From positions 1-41,471 of the forward strand of contig JAHLWH010000117.1 of the NCBI GenBank assembly GCA_019058015.1: a DNA stretch of 41,471 bases. The letters are read 5' to 3'. Source of the DNA: Promethearchaeota archaeon. Its GTDB lineage: Archaea > Asgardarchaeota > Lokiarchaeia > Sigyniarchaeales > SOKP01. The position numbers and the translations under genes were made by a program. Under the pieces are notes generated by a model. It was not told the DNA's origin. It saw only the letters and a list, made by a program, of their open reading frames with translations, and made no database searches. Positions 20,600 to 29,421 of the stretch are shown here, in pieces. Positions within the stretch are counted from its first letter, which is position 1. The number at the start of each line of letters is the position of its first letter.

Positions 20600-21886
20600 A
20601 TAAGATCCTTCCATTTTTTCAATTTTAATTTTAATAAAAGTTCCAATTTTTCCTTCCTTAATAAAAATTGGAACATAATAAATATTTTTTCCAAAGAACA
20701 AGTTATTTTTTATTTTTTTTATAATTAAAATTTCGCCCTTCCAATTTATCCACTTTCTAAAATGCTCTAATTTTATTCTATTATAAAGATTAGTTAGGTC
20801 TCTCGTTCTTATTTTAATAATTTCACTCTTAATTTGTGGTTTCTTTTTTGCAAGAGTTCCAGGTCGAGGTGAGAATTTTGAAATATTAAGAATTTCTGGG
20901 TTTAACCATTTAACAAACGACAGAGTTTCTATAAAATCCCCTTGAGTTTCCCCTGAAAATCCACAAATAATATCTGTTGCTATAGTTAATTTAGGAATTT
21001 CTTTTTTTAAATTTTTAATTTTTTCTTTTAATGGCTGAATTTCATAATTTCTACCCATTTTTTTGATTATCTCATCACTTCCAGATTGAATTGGAATATG
21101 TAGAAATTTGTATAATTTCTTATTTTGATAAAATTTGATAAAATCATCAAAAAAATCAATGAAAAATGTTGGATTTATCATTCCTATTCGTAAATAAAAT
21201 CTCTGATTCAAAGTTAAAATCTTTTTTATTAAATCTATAAAGTTTAATCCATCATAATAATAACAACTGCAATCCTGAGCCGTTAGGAAAATCTCTTTTT
21301 TTCCCCTTCTTAATTGATATTTTACTTGATTTAAAATGTTCTCTAAATCAAAACTATATGATATTCCTCTACTATTTTTAACACAACAATAAGTACAACT
21401 CCCTAAACAACCCTCAGATATTGGAATTATAGATGTAGTATTATTTTGTGGATAATTTAAAAGAAATTTGGATTTGTCAATTTTTTTTCCTGATTTTATA
21501 ATTAAGTTTTTTTTTCCTTTTAATATCTCCTCTAAAATTAAATTAATTTTATGAATACTATTAACATCAATTATAGCCGAAAATGATGGAACTAAGTTAA
21601 TTATCTTTTTTAAAGTACTATTAGTGATTTGAGGCAAACAACCTGTAATAATTATTTTTTTTTTAAAAAATTTTTGAGAGAGAATTTTTAATTGATGCAT
21701 AATTTTATTCTCAGTTACTCCCTTGACTGCACATGTATTAATTATAATAAAATAAGAGATTTGGATGGGAGTTTCAATAAAATTGTTTTTCTTAAGGATT
21801 TCTCGTATTATTTGAGAATCTACTTTATTATAGGCACATCCATAAGTTTTTAAGTAGAAAGTCTTTTTTTTCACAAAATTCACCAA
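20579..21886 (-). CDS. mtaB: tRNA methylthiotransferase, MiaB-like (archaeal MtaB/CDKAL1 type)
   Basis: TYGCAYN, INTCAV, radical SAM CLGSCTYC, HIPIQSGS, TDIICGF, FSPRPGT, TRAM-like tail. Confidence 0.92.
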   Translation of the reverse strand: MVNFVKKKTFYLKTYGCAYNKVDSQIIREILKKNNFIETPIQISYFIIINTCAVKGVTENKIMHQLKILSQKFFKKKIIITGCLPQITNSTLKKIINLVPSFSAIIDVNSIHKINLILEEILKGKKNLIIKSGKKIDKSKFLLNYPQNNTTSIIPISEGCLGSCTYCCVKNSRGISYSFDLENILNQVKYQLRRGKKEIFLTAQDCSCYYYDGLNFIDLIKKILTLNQRFYLRIGMINPTFFIDFFDDFIKFYQNKKLYKFLHIPIQSGSDEIIKKMGRNYEIQPLKEKIKNLKKEIPKLTIATDIICGFSGETQGDFIETLSFVKWLNPEILNISKFSPRPGTLAKKKPQIKSEIIKIRTRDLTNLYNRIKLEHFRKWINWKGEILIIKKIKNNLFFGKNIYYVPIFIKEGKIGTFIKIKIEKMEGSYLLGNPL

Positions 21887-22018
21887 AAATATTTAAAACG
21901 TTTAAAAAATCTTACTAATTCCATCAATAAGTTTTATTACATTTAAGGAGGAATTCGATGCATCTGATTTCTTTTTTTCTATTATTTTAATCATCAACAC
22001 TTTAAACATATAAAATAA

Positions 22019-22114
22019 TGCTTCTGGGGGGATTTGAACCCCCGTCAGGAGGGTGAGAACCTCCGATGCGTTTCCCTAATTTTTATTAGTTTGACCGAGC
22101 TACACTACAGAAGC
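22019..22114 (-). tRNA. tRNA-Glu(CTC) with a 21-nt intron at D-arm position 21/22 (22070-22090)
   Basis: Acceptor GCTTCTG/CAGAAGC, anticodon arm GGAGG-TTCTCAC-CCTCC, T arm GGGGG-TTCAAAT-CCCCC; removing the insert restores GTGTAGCTCGGTCAAGCAT. Confidence 0.93.
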
Positions 22115-22224
22115 ATAAATGCCCTTATCAATAGAATTTTTTTCGAAATTAAATTTATAAAAAATATGCTATTGAATTTGAGATTATAATATTATTATCC
22201 ATTATTTAAAGAGAATTTTTCCCT

Positions 22225-22629
22225 CTAAAGTTCCTTTTTTCTTAGTTTCTCTATTAAATTTAGAAAATTTAATAATGTAATCGAATAAGATTCTAAATTC
22301 TTTATTTGATCCTCATCTTCTAATTTTTTTAATAGCCATTTAAGTTTATTAATTAAAATATTCTCTAATTTTTTAGTAACTTCAGAATAATTACTTAATA
22401 CCGGCTCTTTTGTATATTTTAAATTTTCCACACTGATGTGATTATTCTTCTTAACCATTCCACCTTCTTCCTTAACAATTACTACTTTCTTATTACAAAT
22501 TGGGCAGAAAACATCTTCATTTTTAAATTTAAACAAAGGAGAATTACAAACAGGACAAGCTTTATTTAACATTGTTGAGCCTTTTCTTAAAAGCTCCGCC
22601 ATTTTTTTAAAATCTTTTTCTTTAAGCAT
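22225..22629 (-). CDS. UPF0148 / Sjogren's syndrome-scleroderma autoantigen p27 family Zn-finger protein
   Basis: MAELLRKGSTMLNKACPVCNSPLF..FCPIC. Confidence 0.88.
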   Translation of the reverse strand: MLKEKDFKKMAELLRKGSTMLNKACPVCNSPLFKFKNEDVFCPICNKKVVIVKEEGGMVKKNNHISVENLKYTKEPVLSNYSEVTKKLENILINKLKWLLKKLEDEDQIKNLESYSITLLNFLNLIEKLRKKEL

Positions 22630-22655
22630 TTTCTTTAAAATAATATTCTCTTTTT

Positions 22656-22859
22656 CTAATTAGATTCATTTTTCTCCTTTATTTTAAGCAGATTTACAAT
22701 ATATCCGGCTATCCTATTTCTTAAGTGTTTTGAATCTATCTCCGCATATTTATTCAATAAATCTTTATTTTTATTAAAGTCGGTGGTAAAAATGTTCGGA
22801 TATTTCTCAATTAATTCTTTTGAAACATTTTTTATCAATATAGTTCTAATTTTTCCCAT
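22656..22859 (-). CDS. rps17e: 30S ribosomal protein eS17
   Basis: MGKIRT..FTTDFNKNK..SKHLRNRIAGY. Confidence 0.97.
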   Translation of the reverse strand: MGKIRTILIKNVSKELIEKYPNIFTTDFNKNKDLLNKYAEIDSKHLRNRIAGYIVNLLKIKEKNESN

Positions 22860-22981
22860 TTTTTCTTAAATTCCTCTAATTTCAATGATAATATGAATAT
22901 TTTAATATAAATCTTAAATTTTTTGTTTTTAAAATAAGGTCCATTATTTATTTTAAAATTATATTCTTCTATAAAAAATGT

Positions 22982-23323
22982 TGATGACAAATGAAGTGCA
23001 TACCCACCCTTTAGTTTTATTTTTTGTCACCAAAAAAAAATTCGGATATTAAACTAATTCGGCATACCTAAAGTTCAAATCCAAAATTTCATTACTTTTA
23101 TTTTGCCTTTCTCCAAGATTTTATATCGTTTCAACATATCCCTACTAATAAATTTTCCTTGAATTTCTAAATAATCTCAAATCATTAAAATCAAATTATA
23201 GGGCTGTTCCGTTTCTATAATTTATAGATGATTTCTCATCATTTAATTAATCTTGTTTGGATATGAGGGGTGAAGTTCCTCATTGTAGATACAACGTTAA
23301 TCCGAGCTCTTCATTTGTCATCA
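22982..23323 (-). ncRNA. rnpB: RNase P RNA
   Basis: 15-bp terminal helix (22982-22996 / 23309-23323); CR-I GAGGAACUUCACCC pairs with CR-V ACUAAAGGGUGGGUAU to form P4 with bulged U; AGAAAC and UGAAAC CR-II/III-like motifs. Confidence 0.88.
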
Positions 23324-23436
23324 TTTAATAAAAGAAAATCATTCTATTAAATATTTTTATATTTAGCAGTAAAAAAATAAAAATTTTAAACCAAAAAAAT
23401 TTAAATCAAAGGAATTTAAGGGCTCTCAATTAATAA

Positions 23437-23766
23437 TTAAATCAAGCTCTTTATTTCAGAAAAAGTCTCATCTCTTAATCTCTCAACATCTTGCAACTGA
23501 ATTTCATCTGCTTGTTTAGCAGGAACTTTTAGATTTACAACTGAATTGATAGCTTTAATTTCTTCTGAGGAAATAGTGAATTCTACACCTAATCCCTTTA
23601 CAATTATTGAAATTTTTATTGGAAAAAATTGAATTTTGATACTTCTTACGATTCCTACTTTTCTGGCATAGGAATCAATTACTTCAAGACCAATTATTTT
23701 TCCTGGTGCAGGAAGTTCATACAATTCTGTTTCGATTGTAGTATTAAGCATTTTATCCAATTTCAT
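23437..23766 (-). CDS. PRC-barrel domain protein
   Basis: IIGLEVIDSYARKVGIVRSI..I..EEIKAINSVVNL pattern. Confidence 0.75.
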   Translation of the reverse strand: MKLDKMLNTTIETELYELPAPGKIIGLEVIDSYARKVGIVRSIKIQFFPIKISIIVKGLGVEFTISSEEIKAINSVVNLKVPAKQADEIQLQDVERLRDETFSEIKSLI

Positions 23767-24198
23767 TATTATTCAATTTCAATAATCAAAAAGAAATAAT
23801 AATGTATCATGTGTATATTACAATCACAATGATATAAATTTCTAATAAAGCTCAAAAATTAGATATTGTAATAATATCTTCTAAGGAAATAAATATAAAA
23901 TTACTATAAATCAATTTTAACATTTAAAAATCTTCAATAAATTAAAAAGTATAACAATATTCATTTATGAAAAATCCACCAAATAAATTCTTTTGCAGTA
24001 AAAATGTATTCAATTTAATTCGACAAAATCCTGTAAATAATATAGGTATAGAACCTCATCTTTCTATTTTTTTGATTATTACCAAATTATGATTTTTATG
24101 ATTTATGTTTTATGAATTTTTATTTTTATTTAATAATAAATTAAAACTCTGTTTACTATTATTAGTTTCATTTTTTTTTAAATAAATATATTAAAGGG

Positions 24199-25416
24199 GT
24201 GTGGGAAAAAATTATTCATAATTATATTGAGGATCAACTAAAAAAATCTACTTTGTTCATAGATGAAAGCAAATTAGATATAAATTATATTCCCGAAGAT
24301 TTACCTCACAGAGATAAGGAATTAATTCTTCTCTCACAATTATTTCTCTTATTAATAACACAACCAAATTCAGTTTCGAGAAAAGTTTTAATAACTGGTG
24401 GAATTGGTGTCGGGAAAACGGTAACTATAAAACGTTTTTGCCAAATAATTACGAATACAGCAGAAAAAAGAAAGATTCCAATGGAATATTTCCATATTAA
24501 TTGTAGAAAAGAAAGAACAGGATATAAAATATTAGTAAAAATTATGAAACATTTTAATAAAAACTTTCCTTCTAGAGGTTTTTCATCTCAAGATTTACTC
24601 GATATGTTGAATGATTATTTAAATCGACAAAATAAGCATTTAATTTTGGTTTTAGATGAATTAAGTAATCTAATTATAAAAAATGATGACATAATCTATG
24701 CATTAACAAGAATTAATGATGAGATGTTAAATGCTTCTCATAGAGTATCAATTATCGGAGTTATTAAACATATTTCAACTTTAAATAATTTAGATGAAAG
24801 TACATTAAGCACACTTCAAAGTAACATTATTCATTTTAATAAATATAGTAAAAGTCAAATAATTGATATTCTAAAGTCTAGAGTAAAAATTGCGATAAAA
24901 CCTAATGTAATTGATGACAATATCATTGATATGATCTCTAATTTAGTATATAAAAGAGGAGATATGAGAAACGCACTAGATTTATTATGGACATCTATAA
25001 AGATTGCAGAGGAAAGAAATTTAAAAAAAGTTTCACCAGAATTTGTTCGGTTAGCAAATAATAAAACAATATCAAATTTTTCACAAGATCTTCTAATCTC
25101 TATTGAATCTCATAAATTACTCCTTCTTTTTTCAATTTTAAATCTCTTAGAAAAAAACAAACAATCTTATGTACTTATTTTAAAAATAAAAGAAGAATTT
25201 GAACAAATATGTGAATACTTAAAACTATCAATTCTCTCCTATTCACAAATAATGAATTATCTTCATGAATTGGAAAAATATGGGATTATATCAATAAAAA
25301 TTAAAAGTAAAAACATTAGAGGAAGACATGCCCAAGTAAGTATAAATGATCTTTCTCTCGAAATATTAAAAAATAAATTACTATCAATTTTTGAAAGTCG
25401 AGGGTTAAATATATGA
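24199..25416 (+). CDS. cdc6: Orc1/Cdc6 replication initiator
   Basis: YIPEDLPHRD, Walker A GGIGVGKT, INC, Walker B LVLDE, GDMRNALDLL, C-terminal winged helix with RGR. Confidence 0.95.
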   Translation: MWEKIIHNYIEDQLKKSTLFIDESKLDINYIPEDLPHRDKELILLSQLFLLLITQPNSVSRKVLITGGIGVGKTVTIKRFCQIITNTAEKRKIPMEYFHINCRKERTGYKILVKIMKHFNKNFPSRGFSSQDLLDMLNDYLNRQNKHLILVLDELSNLIIKNDDIIYALTRINDEMLNASHRVSIIGVIKHISTLNNLDESTLSTLQSNIIHFNKYSKSQIIDILKSRVKIAIKPNVIDDNIIDMISNLVYKRGDMRNALDLLWTSIKIAEERNLKKVSPEFVRLANNKTISNFSQDLLISIESHKLLLLFSILNLLEKNKQSYVLILKIKEEFEQICEYLKLSILSYSQIMNYLHELEKYGIISIKIKSKNIRGRHAQVSINDLSLEILKNKLLSIFESRGLNI

Positions 25417-25691
25417 AAAATGAATATACTATTGAAAATCTTTTCTTTTCAAGGGCGAGAGTTAAAATAATAAAAACTTTAGCTCTAAATGATGAACTAA
25501 ATATATCCAAAATTATAAAAAATACAAGATTGAATCATTCTAATGTTGTAAATCATTTAAACTTTTTAAAAAAAATTGATTTTATTCAAGAAAAGAATTT
25601 TGGCCGAATTAAAATTTATAGATATAAAGAAGAAAATTTAAAAGCCCGTTGTGTTAAAAAGTTGATAGAATTGATAGAAAATATTAATTAA
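25413..25691 (+). CDS. ArsR-like winged-helix regulator, translationally coupled to cdc6
   Basis: SRARVKII..LNISKII..NHSNVVNHLNFL..GRIKIY; 4-nt overlap with cdc6. Confidence 0.8.
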   Translation: MKNEYTIENLFFSRARVKIIKTLALNDELNISKIIKNTRLNHSNVVNHLNFLKKIDFIQEKNFGRIKIYRYKEENLKARCVKKLIELIENIN

Positions 25692-25792
25692 CTTTAAATA
25701 TTAAAATATTACCCTAATTTAATTAAATTCCTAAAACTAAATCCCTATAAATTATCTAGGTTAAAATATTTTAATATTAATTATTATTTGAA

Positions 25793-26434
25793 ATGATTTT
25801 TTTTATAATTCTGTTAATAATTTCAATTTACTTTTCAATTTTAGATCTTCGAAATCGAAGAATTCCAATAAAAAATTTTAAAATTTTATTTCTAATCAGT
25901 TTATTTTTTATTTTTTTTACATTCATCTCTCTTGATTCTGCCTTAATCCTTCTTTTTTTATCACATATGATCCTTTTATTTTTCTTCTGTTTTTTTTTTT
26001 ATATGTTAAATTTTATTGGGGGTGGAGATGCAAAATATATCTTTTTTATTTCAATTTTCAATTTTTGCTACTCATTAGAAATTGTTAATTTAATCGACTT
26101 CTTTTTTATTTTTATGTTAATTTATTTTTCATTACTCATTCCAAATTTAGCAAAAAATCAACTTTATTCTCGCTCATTATATGAACAATTTTTAATATTT
26201 TTCAATAGAAAGAGTATCTTTTTAGATTTTTATCTGAAATTGTGTTTTAAATTTTTTCCTTTAAAATCTATAAACAAAATTGATGATATTAAATATCAAA
26301 TAAAATCATTCTTAATTCTATTCGATTTTAAAACGGGTAATTTTTTCTTTATTTCCCAGCATAAAATACCTGTTATAATTGTGTGTTTTTTAGCGTATCT
26401 TTTCTATTTAGCTCTGAATTTTTGTGTAATTTAA
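25793..26434 (+). CDS. Prepilin peptidase (A24, PibD/TadV-like)
   Basis: Catalytic aspartates in ILDLRNRRI and GGGDAK; multiple TM helices. Confidence 0.85.
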   Translation: MIFFIILLIISIYFSILDLRNRRIPIKNFKILFLISLFFIFFTFISLDSALILLFLSHMILLFFFCFFFYMLNFIGGGDAKYIFFISIFNFCYSLEIVNLIDFFFIFMLIYFSLLIPNLAKNQLYSRSLYEQFLIFFNRKSIFLDFYLKLCFKFFPLKSINKIDDIKYQIKSFLILFDFKTGNFFFISQHKIPVIIVCFLAYLFYLALNFCVI

Positions 26435-26458
26435 ATAGATCAAATTATAACATAAAAT

Positions 26459-26767
26459 ATGATATTGAAAAAAAAAACATTAGAAAAAGCTATAGATTTT
26501 ATTTCCAACATTAATTTTGATGATTCAGAACAATTGAAGATATTTAATAAAGTTAAAAAAATAATCCTAAATCTCAAGGATCCTGAAATATCAAAAAAAA
26601 TAGAAGAATTAAATCAATTATCTTCAGACCTACCTTTTATTGAGTTGTTTAAACAAATTTTGGAGAAATTAACTATTGAACAATTGAATTCAATTTTTAA
26701 ACAGTTTATAAATAATGAAGAGCTCATTGATTATTTACAAGATATACTTTTAGAAAAGATAATATAA
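26459..26767 (+). CDS. Hypothetical helical protein
   Basis: 102-aa ORF co-oriented with neighbours. Confidence 0.55.
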   Translation: MILKKKTLEKAIDFISNINFDDSEQLKIFNKVKKIILNLKDPEISKKIEELNQLSSDLPFIELFKQILEKLTIEQLNSIFKQFINNEELIDYLQDILLEKII

Positions 26768-26854
26768 TCTTTATAGACAAAATACCGTCGATTCAAATTT
26801 TTGAAATATTTATTTTTTAGATTTTTTTATAAATCATCTAATTTTTATCTATAT

Positions 26855-27604
26855 ATGACTATCTTAATCGATATTATTCTCGTTATTTGTGCATATCTTT
26901 ATGTTTTAGTTGTAATTACAATCCCAAAGTATTTAAAAGAAAAGGGAAAGATTACAAAATTTGCTGCACGCAAAACAGTTCACTTACTTGCTGGACTCTC
27001 AATATTTATAACTCCCTTTCTAGAATTTTATTGGTATTCACTTATAATTTCCGGCTCCATGATGCTTCTTACCTATTTAAGTTCTAAAGAGAGTAAAGTG
27101 AAACAACTTAGGAGTTTATTTGATGCAATTGGTGAAGAATCTGAAGAGAAGGTTGGCTATTTACAAGGGCCATTTAATTACTGTCTTTCAATTTTTATTC
27201 TTATGTTATTTTTCTCAATATTTGCTCCAAAAATGTTTTATATTCCAATTTCTGGAATTTTAATTATGATTATTTCAGATACTCTTGCGAGTGTTGTAGG
27301 GAAAAAATATGGAAAAATAAAAATAAAAATAAAATGGACTCATACAGAAAGGACCATTATTGGCTCATTCACTCTTTTCTTAACAGCCTTTATCTTGTCA
27401 TTTCTTTCATATCTTTTATTCGGCACCATTCTTCCAACTTCTCAGCAGGTTATTAATCTCTCTCAAGTTATCATTTTTTCATTTTTAACAAGTATTATTG
27501 CGGCAATTACAGAACTATTATCACCAAGTACGTATGATGATTTAACTGTACCGATAATTACTACATTAATTATCTTTCTTCTTTCTTATAGTATTATTGC
27601 TTAA
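26855..27604 (+). CDS. Polyprenol/dolichol/phytol kinase family (CTP-dependent) membrane protein
   Basis: RKTVH, GPFNY, SDTLASVVGKKYG, RTIIGS, E..S..DDLTVP. Confidence 0.9.
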   Translation: MTILIDIILVICAYLYVLVVITIPKYLKEKGKITKFAARKTVHLLAGLSIFITPFLEFYWYSLIISGSMMLLTYLSSKESKVKQLRSLFDAIGEESEEKVGYLQGPFNYCLSIFILMLFFSIFAPKMFYIPISGILIMIISDTLASVVGKKYGKIKIKIKWTHTERTIIGSFTLFLTAFILSFLSYLLFGTILPTSQQVINLSQVIIFSFLTSIIAAITELLSPSTYDDLTVPIITTLIIFLLSYSIIA

Positions 27605-27698
27605 CATAACTTTAAATTATAAATTTGTCATTTTAAAATTAAAAGTGATAATTTAATAAATGTTGAAAAAAATAAATTTGATATAACAAGGGATTTAA

Positions 27699-28118
27699 AT
27701 GGAAATTGAAAAAAAAAGAGAAACAGTATGGAAAATAAAACAAAAAGAAAAACAAAAATATATTGAGTTAATTTCAGTTGAGGAATCTGGAGAAGTTAAT
27801 CAAATTAAATTATCCTTAAAAAAAATGGAAGATACAATAACAATTGAAATGAATAAAAGTGAATTTAATAATTTTTTATCAATATTATTAGCGTTTAAAG
27901 ATGTAGTAATTGGTTCAGAGATAAGTGCATTGACTCCAGATTTCAAAGATTTTGATGCAATCAAATCTCAAGAAAAAGAAGAATCTGTTTCTATTTCAGA
28001 AAAAAATGAGGTTATTGAAAAATTTCCTGTACAAGAACTCATGGATGTTCAAGATAATATTCCAAATGAAAAACAATATGAAGAGGAATTGAATCCTAAG
28101 GAATGGGATCCCTGGTAA
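27699..28118 (+). CDS. Hypothetical protein with acidic tail ending EWDPW
   Basis: 139-aa ORF; beta-rich N-domain + helix, acidic C-terminus. Confidence 0.6.
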   Translation: MEIEKKRETVWKIKQKEKQKYIELISVEESGEVNQIKLSLKKMEDTITIEMNKSEFNNFLSILLAFKDVVIGSEISALTPDFKDFDAIKSQEKEESVSISEKNEVIEKFPVQELMDVQDNIPNEKQYEEELNPKEWDPW

Positions 28119-28124
28119 TTAGAG

Positions 28125-28440
28125 TGATCTGATCCTTGAAAATAAAAAAGAAATTTTTATAACATATTTCCATTCTTACCACCCGTCACCAATAAGCGTA
28201 AATTTTTTGATTTACGACTGCTCCATCCCTGGCCTGGTCGGGTTCATCATCAATTGAGTATATCTCTCCTACAAGAAATATCTCAAAAATAACTTACCTA
28301 ATTGGGCGAATGGATCATTGAAACATTAAATATGTATAAAAATCATTTTTAATTCCTCAGATCATTTCTCAGTCCGTTATAGAGCATTTACGGTCCACCC
28401 AGTATAGGGCTTCAGGAATTGCCCTAGATTCCCACGATCA
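28125..28440 (-). ncRNA. ffs: SRP (7S) RNA
   Basis: Helix 8 motif ACCAGGCCA-GGGA-UGGAGCAGU; 5' UGAUC pairs with 3' GAUCA; Alu-like 5' hairpins; ~316 nt. Confidence 0.9.
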
Positions 28441-28543
28441 ATAATAATATTTTTATTAACAAATATAAAGCTTATTATAAATGTAAAAAGGTTTTAAATA
28501 ATTAATTTAAAAAAATCCAATGAAAATCAATTAGAAAATGAAA

Positions 28544-29035
28544 TTAAAATCTTTTTTTTTCAATTTTGAAAATACAGCATCTCTTTTCCGTATCTATTAT
28601 CATACACTCTATCTCTGAAACAGAAGCACGATATAGTGCAAATTCTCCAAAACCAGACAATATTCCAGATATGAAATAACAGGTATATTTAAACTTATTC
28701 TCCATGTATGATGAAATATTATGAAATAATTTTAAAATTATAACTTCCTCCGTTATTTCTTGAGGTTCAATTTTCCCCCATCCCATATTGCTAAACATTT
28801 CACAAAATAGTTCTGTTAAATCCTTAAGAGTCTTAGGTTTTAAATTTTCTTCCCAAATTTCTATTAAAACCCTGCCCATTTTTTTACCTAACCATATCAG
28901 TAAAGGTTTTACTCCCTCACCATATATAGATGATAACAAATCTATAATCTGAGGAGGAAAAAATACAAATCTCTGATTAAATAATCTGTATATTCCATCA
29001 GAATATTCTAATCCCTTTAATTTCAAATCTTTCAT
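28544..29035 (-). CDS. V4R (4-vinyl reductase) domain protein
   Basis: MGWG, CYFISGILSGF, E-x-E-C..C..F motifs. Confidence 0.85.
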   Translation of the reverse strand: MKDLKLKGLEYSDGIYRLFNQRFVFFPPQIIDLLSSIYGEGVKPLLIWLGKKMGRVLIEIWEENLKPKTLKDLTELFCEMFSNMGWGKIEPQEITEEVIILKLFHNISSYMENKFKYTCYFISGILSGFGEFALYRASVSEIECMIIDTEKRCCIFKIEKKRF

Positions 29036-29124
29036 CTTTTCATACGCAGTGAGATTTTTTAAAAATAATTAATATGTTTTTAAAATATTTTCACAAGTTT
29101 TTATAATTATTTATCTGATCTCTT

Positions 29125-29421
29125 TTGATCATGTTAAATTATAATCTGTCAATAATTATCGTTTTATTATCTTTTTTGTTTATTATCTTTATTTTTTCAA
29201 TATTTGCTACTAATATAGATGCAATGTTCATATTTATTATATACATGATCTTAATTATCTATTTGAATCTAATCATTTTACAAAATTATATTGATTTAAA
29301 AAATTCTAGTAATCTCCTCAATTTTAATTTATTAACATTTCTAGCAAATCTCTCTTTTATTTGTGAATTTTTTATTGGAATCTTTATTTTAATTCAAATA
29401 ATATACAAATTCATTAGTTAA
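29125..29421 (+). CDS. Small three-TM membrane protein
   Basis: Hydrophobic 98-aa ORF; could be spurious in AT-rich DNA. Confidence 0.4.
   Translation: MIMLNYNLSIIIVLLSFLFIIFIFSIFATNIDAMFIFIIYMILIIYLNLIILQNYIDLKNSSNLLNFNLLTFLANLSFICEFFIGIFILIQIIYKFIS

Noticed and set aside
23767-24198. oriC directly upstream of cdc6
   Set aside because: AT-rich, but only weak ORB-like fragments (TTGCAGTAAAAATG, AAAGGGGT at the start codon) and no convincing repeated box; not excluded
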